Source: Chlorokybus atmophyticus
Lineage: Eukaryota; Plantae; Mesostigma and Chlorokybus algae
NCBI GenBank assembly: GCA_009103225.1
Contig: RHPI01002438.1
Location: forward strand, 490,750 to 554,749
Direction: 5' to 3'
Length of the DNA stretch: 64,000 nt
Shown piece by piece: positions 1 through 16,151 of this stretch (within the stretch, counting starts at the first letter, position 1; every line of letters begins with the position of its first letter). Below the pieces are notes generated by a model. That model was given only the letters and a program-made list of their open reading frames with translations, was not told where the DNA came from and did not search any database. The position numbers and the translations under genes are program-made.

Positions 1-784
1 CTCGGCGTTCCTGAGAAGACCAAGCAGGAACTCGCAGGACTTCACTGGCCACCGGCCCTGGCCGTTGGAGTGTCCAGCAGCCTTCGCCTGCGCTGTGCGC
101 CCTACACCGCCGTTGAAGCGCCTGAATGGAATTGCGCGCTTGTGGCCAACGACGTCCTCCAAGTATTTCTTGGCCTTGCCAACCTGCATCTTCCTAATCG
201 CCATGGCCGTCTCGCGCGTGTTCTGCAACCACACGGCATTACAGACAGTAGTTGTGCAGTGAACTGTTGCGGCAGACGCTACACCACTACCGTCGACAAT
301 AAACGGCACAAAGCTTGGGCTCTATGCATGTTACCTTGAAGTGGACGCGCAGATCTGAGCCCCTGGCCTTGCAGGACTTTGTGGCATCATCGGGCTCGCG
401 CGCGTACTTCACCTGCAAAGGTTGGGAACGAAAGTCATACAACGCTTTGCACTTGATGAAGTGCATCTCAACAGCAGGCTCTTATGCGTAACCACTCAAG
501 CACCAAACGCTCAGCTCGGCATTGCTGATCACTGCGACCCAACCTACAACATCCACTCTCTTGTACAATCACCATGCACCAAGGGCCAGCTAACCAAGAT
601 CCCACTGGAGTAGCATAATCTTCGTGCCGCATAAACACAAACGAGGCCACACTGCTCCCAGACCACACCCAACCCACAGAACCAGTACTCCGCAGGCGCC
701 TCATTGCCAGATCCAGCACAGCTCCCACCCCAACAACTCCCCAACTTAACCCTGAAGAGCTGCTGACATACACACACTCACCAT
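1..784 (-). CDS. RPL17: 60S ribosomal protein L17 (uL22), 5' part; continues beyond the left window edge
   Basis: Exons 782-784 (ATG only, then GT), 335-412 ([26 protein letters not shown]) and 1-222 ([47 protein letters not shown]...[19 protein letters not shown]). All introns are GT-AG and the sequence matches eukaryotic L17. Confidence 0.96.
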
Positions 785-879
785 CGTGCCGGCGGACGAC
801 GGCGCCGCGTAACCCGGCGGCGGTGGCGGCGGCGGCGGCGGCGACAGCGGCGCCTAAGAGACCGGTGATGGAGGCTGAG

Positions 880-888
880 TTAGGGTTT
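880..888 (-). promoter_or_regulatory. Telo-box (AAACCCTAA on the minus strand) upstream of RPL17
   Basis: TTAGGGTTT on + at 880-888, about 100 nt upstream of the RPL17 ATG. Telo-boxes are established elements of plant ribosomal-protein gene promoters. Confidence 0.55.
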
Positions 889-1533
889 GGCCCGCCGCCG
901 CCGGAACTCACCACGATATCTGCTGCAGAACCGATATCGGCACGGCGTGACGCCCGCCTGCGCGATCCGCCCCTCTTGAACAGCGCGCGCCTCCGCTTTG
1001 CACAGCAGCGCAGCGGCTTACACGAGTAATGACCTGCCGCGCTGTACAGAGTGTTGTAGTAGCGGCTGGCACGTGATGCGGGAAAGTGTGGTGCGGAGGT
1101 CAACGCTGAGCAGTGTCCTGGTATTGCTGGGGCAAGGTGACAGCGCTTGCGGCTTTGAAAGAGTGACTGGTGCGCGTGGAGAGCTGGTTCTGAGCTGCGT
1201 GCAGAGAAGAAGGCGAAAGGTGCGTATGCTTTGTACGACCAGCTAGCTATTGATTGGTGTGAAGGAACTGCTGTTGGGCTTTCTGGTGGGTGCCTTCTGA
1301 GGTGTACAAAAGATGCAAGAGGCAATGTATTTTCTTGCCACTCTTGTATAGTGTGGTTGAGTTATTGAGATCAATCGTAGTCAAATCTGTGCTATGATAT
1401 CATGGGTGCTGGTAGATTACGCTATGGGTAGATTGGTGCAGATTGCGCTTAAACGCAACTGCATGCACTGCCTGTAAACTCTATGCACGTTTGTTCATAC
1501 TGACTTTGCACTTGTAGTGACCTCTGAGGGGAC

Positions 1534-1802
1534 ATGGACCATCCAGGCGGAGAGCGCAATGTCATTGAGTCGTATGCGTACAGTTTCGAGGTGCAGAGCT
1601 TACTGTCCAACATGGTGCACTCCCTCATCACGCACACGCCTGACGGTATGCCTTGTTTTACTGTGTAACATGACGACATTGCATTTACAACTGCTGATGA
1701 GTATGTTTTTGCTCTGCAGATCCAGTCAAGTATATGATTGAGTGGCTGCAGCAAGAGGAAATCAGACGAAAAACCACACCGCAGGCACAAGTGGCGAATT
1801 AA
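1534..1802 (+). CDS. 64-aa protein consisting almost entirely of a Dpy-30/RIIa-like docking-dimerization (D/D) domain
   Basis: Exons 1534-1645 and 1720-1802 with a GT-AG intron give MDHPGGERNVIESYAYSFEVQSLLSNMVHSLITHTPDDPVKYMIEWLQQEEIRRKTTPQAQVAN*. LxxMVxxLIxxxPxDPVxYMIEWL fits the D/D pattern. An in-frame TGA lies just upstream of the ATG. Confidence 0.7.
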
Positions 1803-1994
1803 CCCATTCTTGCCAACCCATCTGACTGACTAGTAAGGCTTTGTACCCTAGCATATTGTATATTACAATGGATATCTATTGCGCTTCTGCTACAAACCGC
1901 CAATTACCTAGTTTCAATTGATGTGGCTGTACCACACCCAACGGACATGTTGCTGCGTCCCTTGGTCGGCTCAACAGTATGACTGACACTTGGC

Positions 1995-6351
<4,357 letters not shown>

Positions 6352-6559
6352 CGCTGCCCTCCTACTTCTACTGCCCACTTGGCAACACAACCACACAGCT
6401 CCACCTGAAGCGCTGCTGCCAGCAACTTCAGCTTAACGTCACGCTCCAGCTTGAAGCAAAGCTTAGAGCTCAGCGTTCATCCCGCCGCCGCCACCAACGC
6501 CGCAAACGCTCCCGCCGCCGCCCAGCCAACACCATGAGCAGTGCAATGCCTCTGCTTGG

Positions 6560-6596
6560 GCGGGAAACCAGCTCTGCTGAGAAAACGCGCGGGAAA
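6560..6596 (-). promoter_or_regulatory. Two E2F consensus sites (TTTCCCGC) upstream of MCM4
   Basis: GCGGGAAA on + at 6560-6567 and 6589-6596, about 210-245 nt upstream of the MCM4 ATG. E2F control of MCM genes is established. Confidence 0.7.
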
Positions 6597-7081
6597 GCTA
6601 AGCACTATGGCATGCATTGGCAAGTAGCTTGCAGGCAGAGAAATAGGGTTTGTTAGGCCGCTGAGGTGAGCGGGCGCAGAGGAAGGAGGAGGAGGAGTTA
6701 ACAAGGGAGGCGGGACGGCCGTGGGCACGTCTGTGGTGTGGGTCGGAATCTGTGTGCGTGTGTCTAGCCGAGCTGGCTGCTTTCGAGCTGAACATGCTGG
6801 CTAGACGACATTGCAGACGCCTGCTTGAGCCAGATCAGGGCAGGCTTGACGAGCAGTAGGCCTAAAGTTGGGGAGGCAGACATTGCTGGGCCGCTGGCCA
6901 TTGCGCAGCCTCCCCATACCGGCTTGACTGAGCTTCCTTCCGCTATCGCCCAGCCATGTTCGCTTGACACACAACACCGGCGCTTGAACATCTTGAGTGT
7001 GCACGCGGCCGTGGCTAGCGCGACGGGTCTTGTTGTAATTGCGACAGACCTCTTCGTGCGGCCACCCGCTTATCCGCTACA

Positions 7082-8518
7082 ATGGTAATGTGTTTACATG
7101 CATTCCTATAAACGTTGATGGTGTTAAAACGCTGGCATTTGTGCGCTGTGGGTCCGCTGGCACCTTGAAGTCACAAGTCACTAACTTTGCTCTGCTCAGA
7201 ACTGGCTGGGGTTTGGCAAAGGGCAGGAGAAGCAGACGTCGTTACTGGCGGAATGGAACAAATATGCAGCAACTTCACAGGTTTGGATCTGGCAATGTGA
7301 TGCATCGGCAGCATAGCTAATAGCAATGCCGATGCAAACTGTTCATCTTCCAAACAGGCGCATGGCGAGGATTATGCGCCTGTAGCGAAGTCTGACATTG
7401 AGCTGGGCAATGTACCCTCAACATCATCGTCAACAAGCATGATGCCTTTCCTGAGCTTTCCTTCAGCAGGTCTGCTGCATAATTGGTCAATGCTAGTTTC
7501 TGCTAAGCTGGTAGTCTGTGCACTCTCTTGCCGTCTTTTCCCACAAAACGTAATATATCTGCACAATCAAGTTGTTTGTGACAGAATTTCTGTGTTCTAG
7601 AAACAGTACTCAACACCTGCGACCACTGAGCACTCATATTGACCATGTAGCAACATCTCCATCCTGCGCAGGGTTTGCCCGAGGGGCGATCACCCAACAA
7701 ACGAATACAACAACATCTGCGCAATCTGGCAGTGATGCCTTCGCTGGCGTCATGCGTTCAGTGATGACACGAGTGCAGGTGGCGTCTTGTTCTACCTGCT
7801 TGTTTTGTACGTTACATAGGATCCACTGACTTGATGTGTTGGCAGACCGGAGCCGCTGGTGTCCACACCACAGTAACAGGGAGTGTGTCCCTGATGCCAA
7901 ACCAGCGCCAGCTTGCTATGTTTGTCGGAATGGAGCTAGCAGGTGTTTTCTTCCTGGTTCTAGCGTTTACTGTAGCCCTGCCTGTGCTGGTGTTGGCGCC
8001 ACAGAAGTTTGCCCTATGCTTCACCATAGGGTGCATGCTGATATTGGGTGGCTTTATGGCTCTTCGCGGGCCAATGCAGCAGCTACAACATATGCTTTCA
8101 AAAGAAAGGCTTCCGTTCAGGTGAGGTTGCAGTTGCCCCTTCGATCAAAACACTAGACACCTGCTGCGTTTGTACAAAGACTTGACACTCTGATTGCCCT
8201 GGCAGTGCGGCTTATCTAGCAAGCATGTTTATGACCTTGTATGGCGCAATGGTGGCCCACAGCTACGTGCTTTCTGTGGCGTTCTCCGCGATCCAGGTAA
8301 GCACACACTTGGGAACACTCCAGTTGCGTGCATGCTTGGTGCTGGTCCTGCCACGCATCTGACTTTGGCTTTGTCGATCGCAGGTGCTGGCACTCTTGTA
8401 CTATGTGCTCTCGTACTTCCCAGGTGGCGCGGCAGGCGCACGGATGTTGACTAGTGTTATCTACTCCGTTACTTCTCAATTATTCTCTCGCGCTGTTAGT
8501 GCCATTACAGGGCGGTGA
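7082..8518 (+). CDS. Got1/Sft2-family vesicle transport membrane protein
   Basis: ATG at 7082 is followed by an intron, then NWLGFGKGQEKQTSLLAEWNKYAA (plant-type SLLA-W--Y motif), LPVLVLAPQKFALCFTIGCMLILGGFMALRGPMQQLQHMLSKERLPF and a last exon VLALLYYVLSYFPGGAAG...TGR* (TGA 8516-8518). Confidence 0.88.
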
Positions 8519-10483
8519 TGGCATTAAGCGTGTAGCAAAAATGTGTTGCACATAATCTTCTCAACAATGCAATGACAGTATATGTAACATGTACCTTTCC
8601 ATACTACGAGGAGCATTGGGTTGTTGTGAGTATTCAAGCACTAATTGCTCAGAATGCTACAGTGCTAAGGGTATCAATTACTGATTTGTTTGCTTACAAC
8701 GTGCATACGCAATGTGGAACACGCGCGCTAGTATGAGCCATGCAGCATACTTGGACACATGCCGCCACAGTTAGCTGGCCACTCGTGGCAGTTGCTAACA
8801 CGTGGCGCTGTCAGTTCAGGTGGGCTGCTATGCAAATTGGTTGCTGCCGATGCCCGCCTCCCCTGCCTGCCTTGAGTTCCTGTAGTTGTTTGCGTGAGTG
8901 TTGGCAGTTGTGTTTGAGTTTGCAACCGTTGGGGGCACGGGCCCCTAACTTGACTTGTTGTTCTTGCTTGTGTGCTATTGGTCGGGTCCGTTATAATAAC
9001 TAATGCTTTCATTTGCGTGGTTGAGCTCCGTGTATTGTTTTCTGTGCATGCATGCAACCAACACATCAGCCCCCCCCACAAATGCATACATATAGCATAC
9101 TGGTTGGTTGTGCTAAAGATGGTGGAGGATACTCCGACAACCCCTGCCCTCTCACGGTCCCGATCTCACAATGTGCATGCTTTGCACATTGTGCTGGGCA
9201 CAGTTGAATGCATGCGTTGTTGAAATTAAGCGCGTAGTAATGTGGGTGTTTTGTTGTGCGCTTGGCATAGAGTGTCATCTTGGAATCATGTACCCTATGC
9301 GTTGCCGATGTTGTGGCTGTTGGTTACTTTCTTACGCATAGGTCACGCGCACACCCTTTTGCCCACACAAGTAAGTGACCGACATTGGATTGTTTTAGCT
9401 AAGGTTGATTGCTGATCAGCTTGTTCCAATTGCAGCAGCCGGTTCTTCCACAGTCTTTGCGTATGCAAGTCAACTTGCAACGGTGTGCCCCGAAGTGGAC
9501 ACAGCAACAACCAAACCGCCAAGCAAGCAGCTTTGCCGATCTCGTGCCTAGCAAGCTGCTTGTAGTCGTGTAACCTCAGTGCTTTCACAATGTAATTACA
9601 CACTTGGCGACACCATCAGCACCAGCAACTTGAAGCAGGCGGCTGCAACAACCCTTCCATCAACAAGAGTTGCTTGCTCACTTTCTCCACGACAATGAAG
9701 ACGCTGCGTGCCTGTCTCATTGAATCACGCGCTGACTCACTCACTCACTCATTCGCCTCTCTGCTGCCGCCACACTGTCGCTGCTGCTGCTGCTGCTGCT
9801 GGCACACAGGCGGCAGCGGTGCAGCGGTAGGAGCGGGGGAAGGAGCGCGGACGACGGCGGCCGAGAGAGAGTGGAGTTGTGCAGGGGGGAGGGGCTCATT
9901 CTCTGCCTATACGCAAACCACACTACACCCTGCCCTCCTCCAAAGGCGGCATGGTGGAGGGGCAGAGCACAGCACATCCACCATGACCCCCACATGAGGC
10001 AAGGCAAGGCGCTGTCTGCTGCTGGGCTCTGGTCTTGTCGCGAGGGCCTAGCTCTCAGCTGATGCGCATTACCCTTGCCGCGATACTAAGCACAACACAC
10101 GCACAGTCTGCTACTGTACAACAGCAACCTGCAATCTGGTTATTGTGGAACGGAAGCAGGGAGCAACTTTTGATGCGATTCTTCAGTCAGTGCGCTAGTC
10201 TCTGCGGTTGTTGCATGCACTCAGACTCTAATGAAGCGTGCATAGATGTCGTTGATACACAGACAAAAGAGAGAGCAAGACCTCGTTGCTATGCACCTCT
10301 CCAAATGCATGCAAGAGAGAGCATAATGTGGCCGTGGAAAGAGCATATGTGCAACGTCTGTCTTCACGCACAGGTCTTCGCAAATCACGAACATGCAACT
10401 GTAACACCACACGTCCCCGAAGTGCTTCAGCGCACATGTTATGCGCGTGTTGACTGGGGGCATGTATGTGTGTGTGTACAGGC

Positions 10484-11733
10484 ATGGCAACGGGTGGGCT
10501 TTTACGGACGTGTGTATTACTAGCGCCTGTCAACCGGTCGGTGAGAACCTGTTACTGCCGCGCTGACAACATGGGGTTGGGCAAGCGCGCAAGGCGAGCA
10601 CTTGCCCAAACTCCTCAGGAAAGCTCCGACACTACTGCTGGAAATACGTGCGAAGCGGATGACAAGGAGCGTTTCCACGCAGCGACGGTGGAGGAGTGGG
10701 GAGCATGGCTGGAGCGCAACCACCGCGACCGAACCGTGGGCGTGTGGCTCGTCACGTGGAAGACATCCGCTGGGCCCGGCCGGCCACGTCTCGCCTACAG
10801 TGAGGCAGTGACAGAGGCCCTGCGCTTTGGCTGGATCGACAGCAAACCGCGCAAACTCGATGAGCACCGCAGCATGCTCTGGTTCTCACCCCGCAGGTGT
10901 GTGTGCGTGCGTGTCTGTGTCTATGTGTGCCAGTGCACGTGCATTTGCATGTGCGGATACAGCTGGCTAGCTACGCATATATGTATGTGCCAACGTTACA
11001 GCCTCCGTGTTGCCTTTGCACTGCAAGAGAAAAGCATGGCACTAGATGTGAACGCCAGTCACAGCTAGTGTGCTAATCGTCATTGGTGCTGCATGCATGC
11101 ATGCATCGCGTCATGAGGTTGTCAATGATAACCTAGCTGCTGCAAGTGAGACGGTTGCTGTGTGTACACTGCGCAAACACCCATCACTCTGCATTACACA
11201 GGCCATGCAGCGCCTGGTCGGCGGTAAACAAGGCGCGCATCATGCAGCTGGAGGCCGAAGGGCGCATGCAACCGGCGGGAGCGGCAGTGGTAGCTGCGGC
11301 GAAGGAGAGCGATGCGTGGAGTCGGCTCGATGAGGTGTGCCAACCATTGCATGTGTTGATGATGGGTATGCATGTGCAATGACATGCATGCGCAGGTGGA
11401 GGCGCTGGTGGTGCCCGCAGATCTCGCCACCGCGTTTGACACCCAGGTGCACCAGCGCACGAGAATCAACCCACTTACATGCCCACACAAGGCCTTATCA
11501 GCGCTCAGACTATCTGCACTGATTTGTGTATGCACGTAACCGTTCTGTTCTGCTGGTAGCAGGGGCCGGCCGCATGGGCGCATTGGAACGGTTTTCCGCG
11601 ATCGGCACGACGCGGCATTCTTGAGTGGATTATGCAAGCGAGGCTGGCTGAAACTCGGCGGCGGCGGGTGGAGGAGACGGCTGAGTGCGCAGCAAAGGGA
11701 GAGCGGGCGAATCGGTGGCCGCGACGGCAGTGA
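10484..11733 (+). CDS. YdeI/OmpD-associated (OmdA, 'bacteriocin-protection') family protein of bacterial type, 4 coding exons
   Basis: Exons 10484-10896, 11202-11334, 11396-11446 and 11563-11733 join in frame: EEWGAWLERNH..GVWLVTWK..LAYSEAVTEALRFGWIDSKPRKLDEHRSMLWFSPRRPCSAWSAVNKARIMQLEAEGRMQPAG..AAKESDAW..LDEVEALVVPADL..FPRSARRGILEWIMQARLAETRRRRVEETAECAAKGERANRW. Alternative start at 10571. Confidence 0.88.
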
Positions 11734-12667
11734 TGGCGGTTGGTGGTTACGTGCGTGTGCGTATACAAGTGCTTGCTCGTGCACCTAGGCGCTTCTAGTA
11801 GTAGTACCGTAGCTCAAGCTACCAGAACCATTACAATAGGTTAGCAAACCATCAAACTATGCAGTGCGTTTAGCAGGCTACTACATAATCTGCAACTCAC
11901 ATTTACCGGATGCTTTTGCACGCACGCACGCACGCACGCACGACAGTCAATCCCTAGAAGGTTGATTGGTACAGCCTTCACAATCCTATTCGGCACACTA
12001 CTGACACAACTAGCAGTTGTAGTGAACGAGACAATCACTACCGTACTGATGTATGCACAAAGAGCACAACCAATGGTGTTCCAACCCTGCCTATCCACAC
12101 TACACGTACCAATCAACGCACGTTTCTGTCTCAGCTGCGAAAAGGCCTCCAACATCCGTCCATGGCCATGCCATTCCATGGGGATCACCACAAAACACAA
12201 ATCTTACAAAACCACATGCCATCATATTTCTTTGGTCAATCATAGTAGTCAAGTAGTTCAAGTCAGTAAACCAGACGGAGTGCACACAACTCTAGTGGTG
12301 CGGGGAGGACCCAGACGCGCAAAGAGCCAACACACAAGGCGCACTGACTAGGCCTAAAGCAGCTTGGCTTTTGCCTTGCAGCAGCAGAATTCTGCGCTGC
12401 GGCAAGGCTAGAAGCATGGCGACGACGGGGCGAGTGCCTTACCCCTAGGTAATTTGCCCCAACGTTTGGTCCCGCGTAAATCTATTGATCTATTGTCGCA
12501 TTCATGTTACGCGTCACGCATCACGAGTCGTCGTGATTCACGACGACGCGCGACGCACCTCCTGGTCTGGAGCCCTGACAGCATCAAGCAGCCTGCTATT
12601 CCGGCCTAGAGAACTACTTACGGGAAGACTAGCTTATGCTTCATCACCTGGTTCTCACGGCTCTACC

Positions 12668-15600
12668 ATGGCTTGTTTTGGTATATGCTAGTGCATCATG
12701 AGGCTCGCTTCGCGTCGTGTGCCTATAACCAGGCGCATTGTGCGCATGTCGCCTCGCTTGCATGCGCTTGTGTTGGCGACTGTGGCGGGGTTGGTGGTAG
12801 TGCCAGCCGTTATTGGCAGGCTTTGACCTAGTGAGCGGAAGGGCAAACGCCTTCGTCCGCACTTCCCTGGCCCCCAAGCGAGCAAGTGGTCGAGAAGGTC
12901 AGCAGGTTGTGTTGGGGAGGATGCTCATTGTCATGGTTGTAGTTTTTTACGTTGATACTGGTCGTACGACAGTGGCTGCTTGCACAACATTCGCCTTGAT
13001 GAGACTGGTTGCTGTTATCATGGCCGAAGGGACGACTTTGCATGCCTGTCACATATGGTCTTGGTCAAGTCAGTGCTAGTTGTGCGGGCATGTTAACTAC
13101 TTACTCGCTGTCTATAGTCCTAGCGCCTGACAACTTACTGAAACCTTGATGTACATGCCAGCTGCTAACCTGTTACATTGATCAGATGTTGCCAGTCAGC
13201 TATGTCGTTTGCCCTTGCATTATCCAAGTGACAGCTTGCTGCACGCTGTGACTCGACACATGCGTTTGTGGCTAGCCAACAGTTGCAATGCTGCATTCCG
13301 CAGCCATCATGATCATTGACTGCACACAGCTGAATCCTGTCTTGCAGCTCGGTCAACATGCCGGTGGGTCCGGAGCCTCTGTCCATCAGAGCGCGCACAA
13401 AGATTGTCGCCACTGTGGGCCCGGCTTGCGCCAACCGCCTGCAGGTAGCATTTACAAGACATCGAAGTTATCTTCATGCTGACAACTGCTCTCGGTCGTC
13501 AACATGCTAGTGCTACTCATGCAAGTCACAGCTATGTTGTCTGCTATGATGAGCGCAACACACATTGTTGTTGTTGCCTCGTCCAGGAGCTTGTGGAAGC
13601 TGGCGTGGACGTGTTTCGTCTCAACACGGCGCATGGTTCGGTTGAAGAGCGCACAACTCAGCTTGCGGAGATTCGCCGCATAAGCAAGGAGCTCGGCAGA
13701 CCAATTGGGTAAGACACAGCCAATTTGAGTTGTTCTTGACAAGACACCAGCTGTGTCAAGCTGTCGGTAATGCTTAGCCAATACGTCTTAACTTGGCTGT
13801 GTGTCTTGAGTTGGAGGTGTCGAACCATACTTGTGTGAACTGTCAGGGTACTGTGTGATCTTTCTGGACCTAAGATTCGCCTCAAGAAGCTGGTTCAAGA
13901 CCCAACGGAGTGCAAGCGCGATGAGATTTACACTTTCATGAACGGTACACCTCAAAAGCCGACAGAGCTGGCCAGCAATTACGGTACAAAGATAAATCCA
14001 GTCGTTTGGCTGCCTGCACTTGGCATCTTAGCTGACACTTACACGCATACGCTGTGTTGCCCACAACCAGAGCCTCTTGTTGACGAAGTGCAAGTTGGAG
14101 AAAACATTGCCCTTGTTGATGGCACCGTCAACATGGAGGTACATTATGCAATGCTGTTCGCAGCACAGTACCACATGCTAGCGCATCACATGAAGACATG
14201 TGGTCATACAGATTGCATATGCACATGGTTGTGTGCGCACGTGCTGCAAGCATGCATTTAGTGTCACTCCTGCAGGTGATTGAGAAAGGTGATGGTTACG
14301 TCAAAGCCAAAGTGACTGGGCCTGGCCCCATCAAGAGCAATCAGGGCATCAATCTGCCTAACACCACCTTGAGTGTGCCCTCGCTCACTGAGAAGGACAT
14401 TATGAATGCTGAGTGGGCCTGCAAGCACGAGGTGGACTTCATCTCACTTAGCTTTGTCAGGACTGCGGATGACATCATCCAGCTCAAGAAGTTCATCGCA
14501 GACCGGAAGTCACAGGCGTGGGTTATTGCCAAGGTAGGTGTGCACATGCACGCGCACACGTGCGCGCGCGCGCCTGCGCACATATGTGAAGCTGTGCACG
14601 CACATTGCATCTTTAGCGCTGCACAACTTGTCATTCATTACTTCTAGATTGAGATGGCAAAGGCGGTAGAAAACTTGGAGGAGATTGTCAAGGCCACCGA
14701 TGGAATCATGGTGGCTCGCGGCGATCTTGGTGTTGAGATAGACATTGCACGCGTTCCAATCGTGCAGAAGCAGCTTGTCGGGCTGTGCAGACGCTATGCC
14801 GTGCCCTGTATTGTTGCCACACAGATGCTCGACTCCATGACACACTCGCGCATTCCCACCCGTGCAGAGGTGAGTTCAAGGCATCACATTCCAGGTCGGT
14901 CATGTGGCTGACAAGTTCGGGCCATTATTTACTGAAGGAAAGGAGAAGCGTGTCAACGGCATGCTGTCACGGTCTGACTGCTTGCTCGGTCAAAATGACA
15001 AGTTTTAGCTTGCTGATGATAGGCGACAGATGTTGCTAATGCATGCCTTGATGGCACGGATGCGACCATGTTGTCTGGTGAGAGCGCGTCTGGTGCGTTT
15101 CCCGTGGAGAGTGTGGCGATGATGACACACATCCAGCTGCTTACAGAGCCGCTGCTCAAGGTACGTGAGAGGTGCAGGAGCTGACCGGCTGGTTGTTGAT
15201 GTTTGTATAAAGGGATGTTGGCGTGAGGTGTACATGCTGTTGTCAGGAACAAGATCTGCCGCCACTTGTGCTTGGTGTTGGTGGAGTCAGCAACATCACC
15301 GCCGCTTGTGTACACGGTGCATCAAAGATTGCAAGGCAGTTAGGTGAGCTATTTGTATGGAACAGTGTACACAAGAACGTCGAGGGTGTTGGCTGCGTGC
15401 AACGCATGCGACACATAGCACACATGTCATAGCATAGCTGGTAGCTGCATGCTACCAGCTAGCGCAACATACGGCACAGGGCAGTGTCTCATCGCTGGCT
15501 TCCAGCATGTATCTCTCTTTGCACATGATACCACTACAAGTGAAGTGCATAGTGGTTTTTGCAAACAGTACAAACATGCTTTACGCTGAGATGCCCGTGT

Positions 15601-16151
15601 ACTTCAGATGCCAAGCTCATTGTTGTGGCCACCGCCAGCGGTCATACAGCCATTCTGAAGGCCAAGCAGCACGATTTCATTCCAACCATTGTCGTGAGCA
15701 AGAACCCTGGAGTCCTCCGCCAGTGCAACCTGTTGTGGGGAGTTGTGCCTCTAGAGGTGACAATACAACACACTACCACCCTGTCATCACACAGCAGCAA
15801 ACACGCATGCGCACTGAACCCAACTTTACCTCAGCAGTTTTTGCTCGAACTCAACAGTGCAGACTTGTCTATCAACTTGAATCTCTAACCGGTTGTGGCT
15901 CATACGGCTTCGAACAGGGAGCCCCTGCTGATGACCCAGATGCATTGCAAGCGTTCATTGAAAAGTGGGGCCTGGAGGATGGGTGCTTGCAAAAGGGAGA
16001 CTCGGTTGTGATGGTCAGCGGCAAAATGGGCTCAGTAAGTGGATATTCAATGCTGATTGTACTGTCAACAGAAGTTAAAGCTATCTGCACGCAAGGAACT
16101 GATGTTGCTGCTCCCCGCGCAGGGTATCCACAACGCGGTGCGCGTGCATGA
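12668..16151 (+). CDS. Pyruvate kinase, bacterial-like sequence type, about 10 core exons plus a putative N-terminal extension
   Basis: [116 protein letters not shown]. The catalytic core starts near 13348. The start at 12668 (MACFG|[20 protein letters not shown]) is tentative. Confidence 0.93.

Noticed and set aside
413-781. Possible intronic snoRNA in RPL17 intron 1
   Set aside because: No canonical box C (RTGATGA) with a paired box D on the minus strand, and no clear H/ACA structure.
1078-1085. Single E2F-like GCGGGAAA
   Set aside because: A lone 8-mer not next to a replication gene, compatible with chance.
468-1325. 285-aa minus-strand ORF
   Set aside because: It spans the RPL17 intron and GC-rich promoter, is low in complexity and has no recognisable domain.
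12380-12416. Imperfect palindrome GCCTTGCAGCAGCAGAATTCTGCGCTGCGGCAAGGC upstream of pyruvate kinase
   Set aside because: A single short imperfect hairpin with no supporting context.
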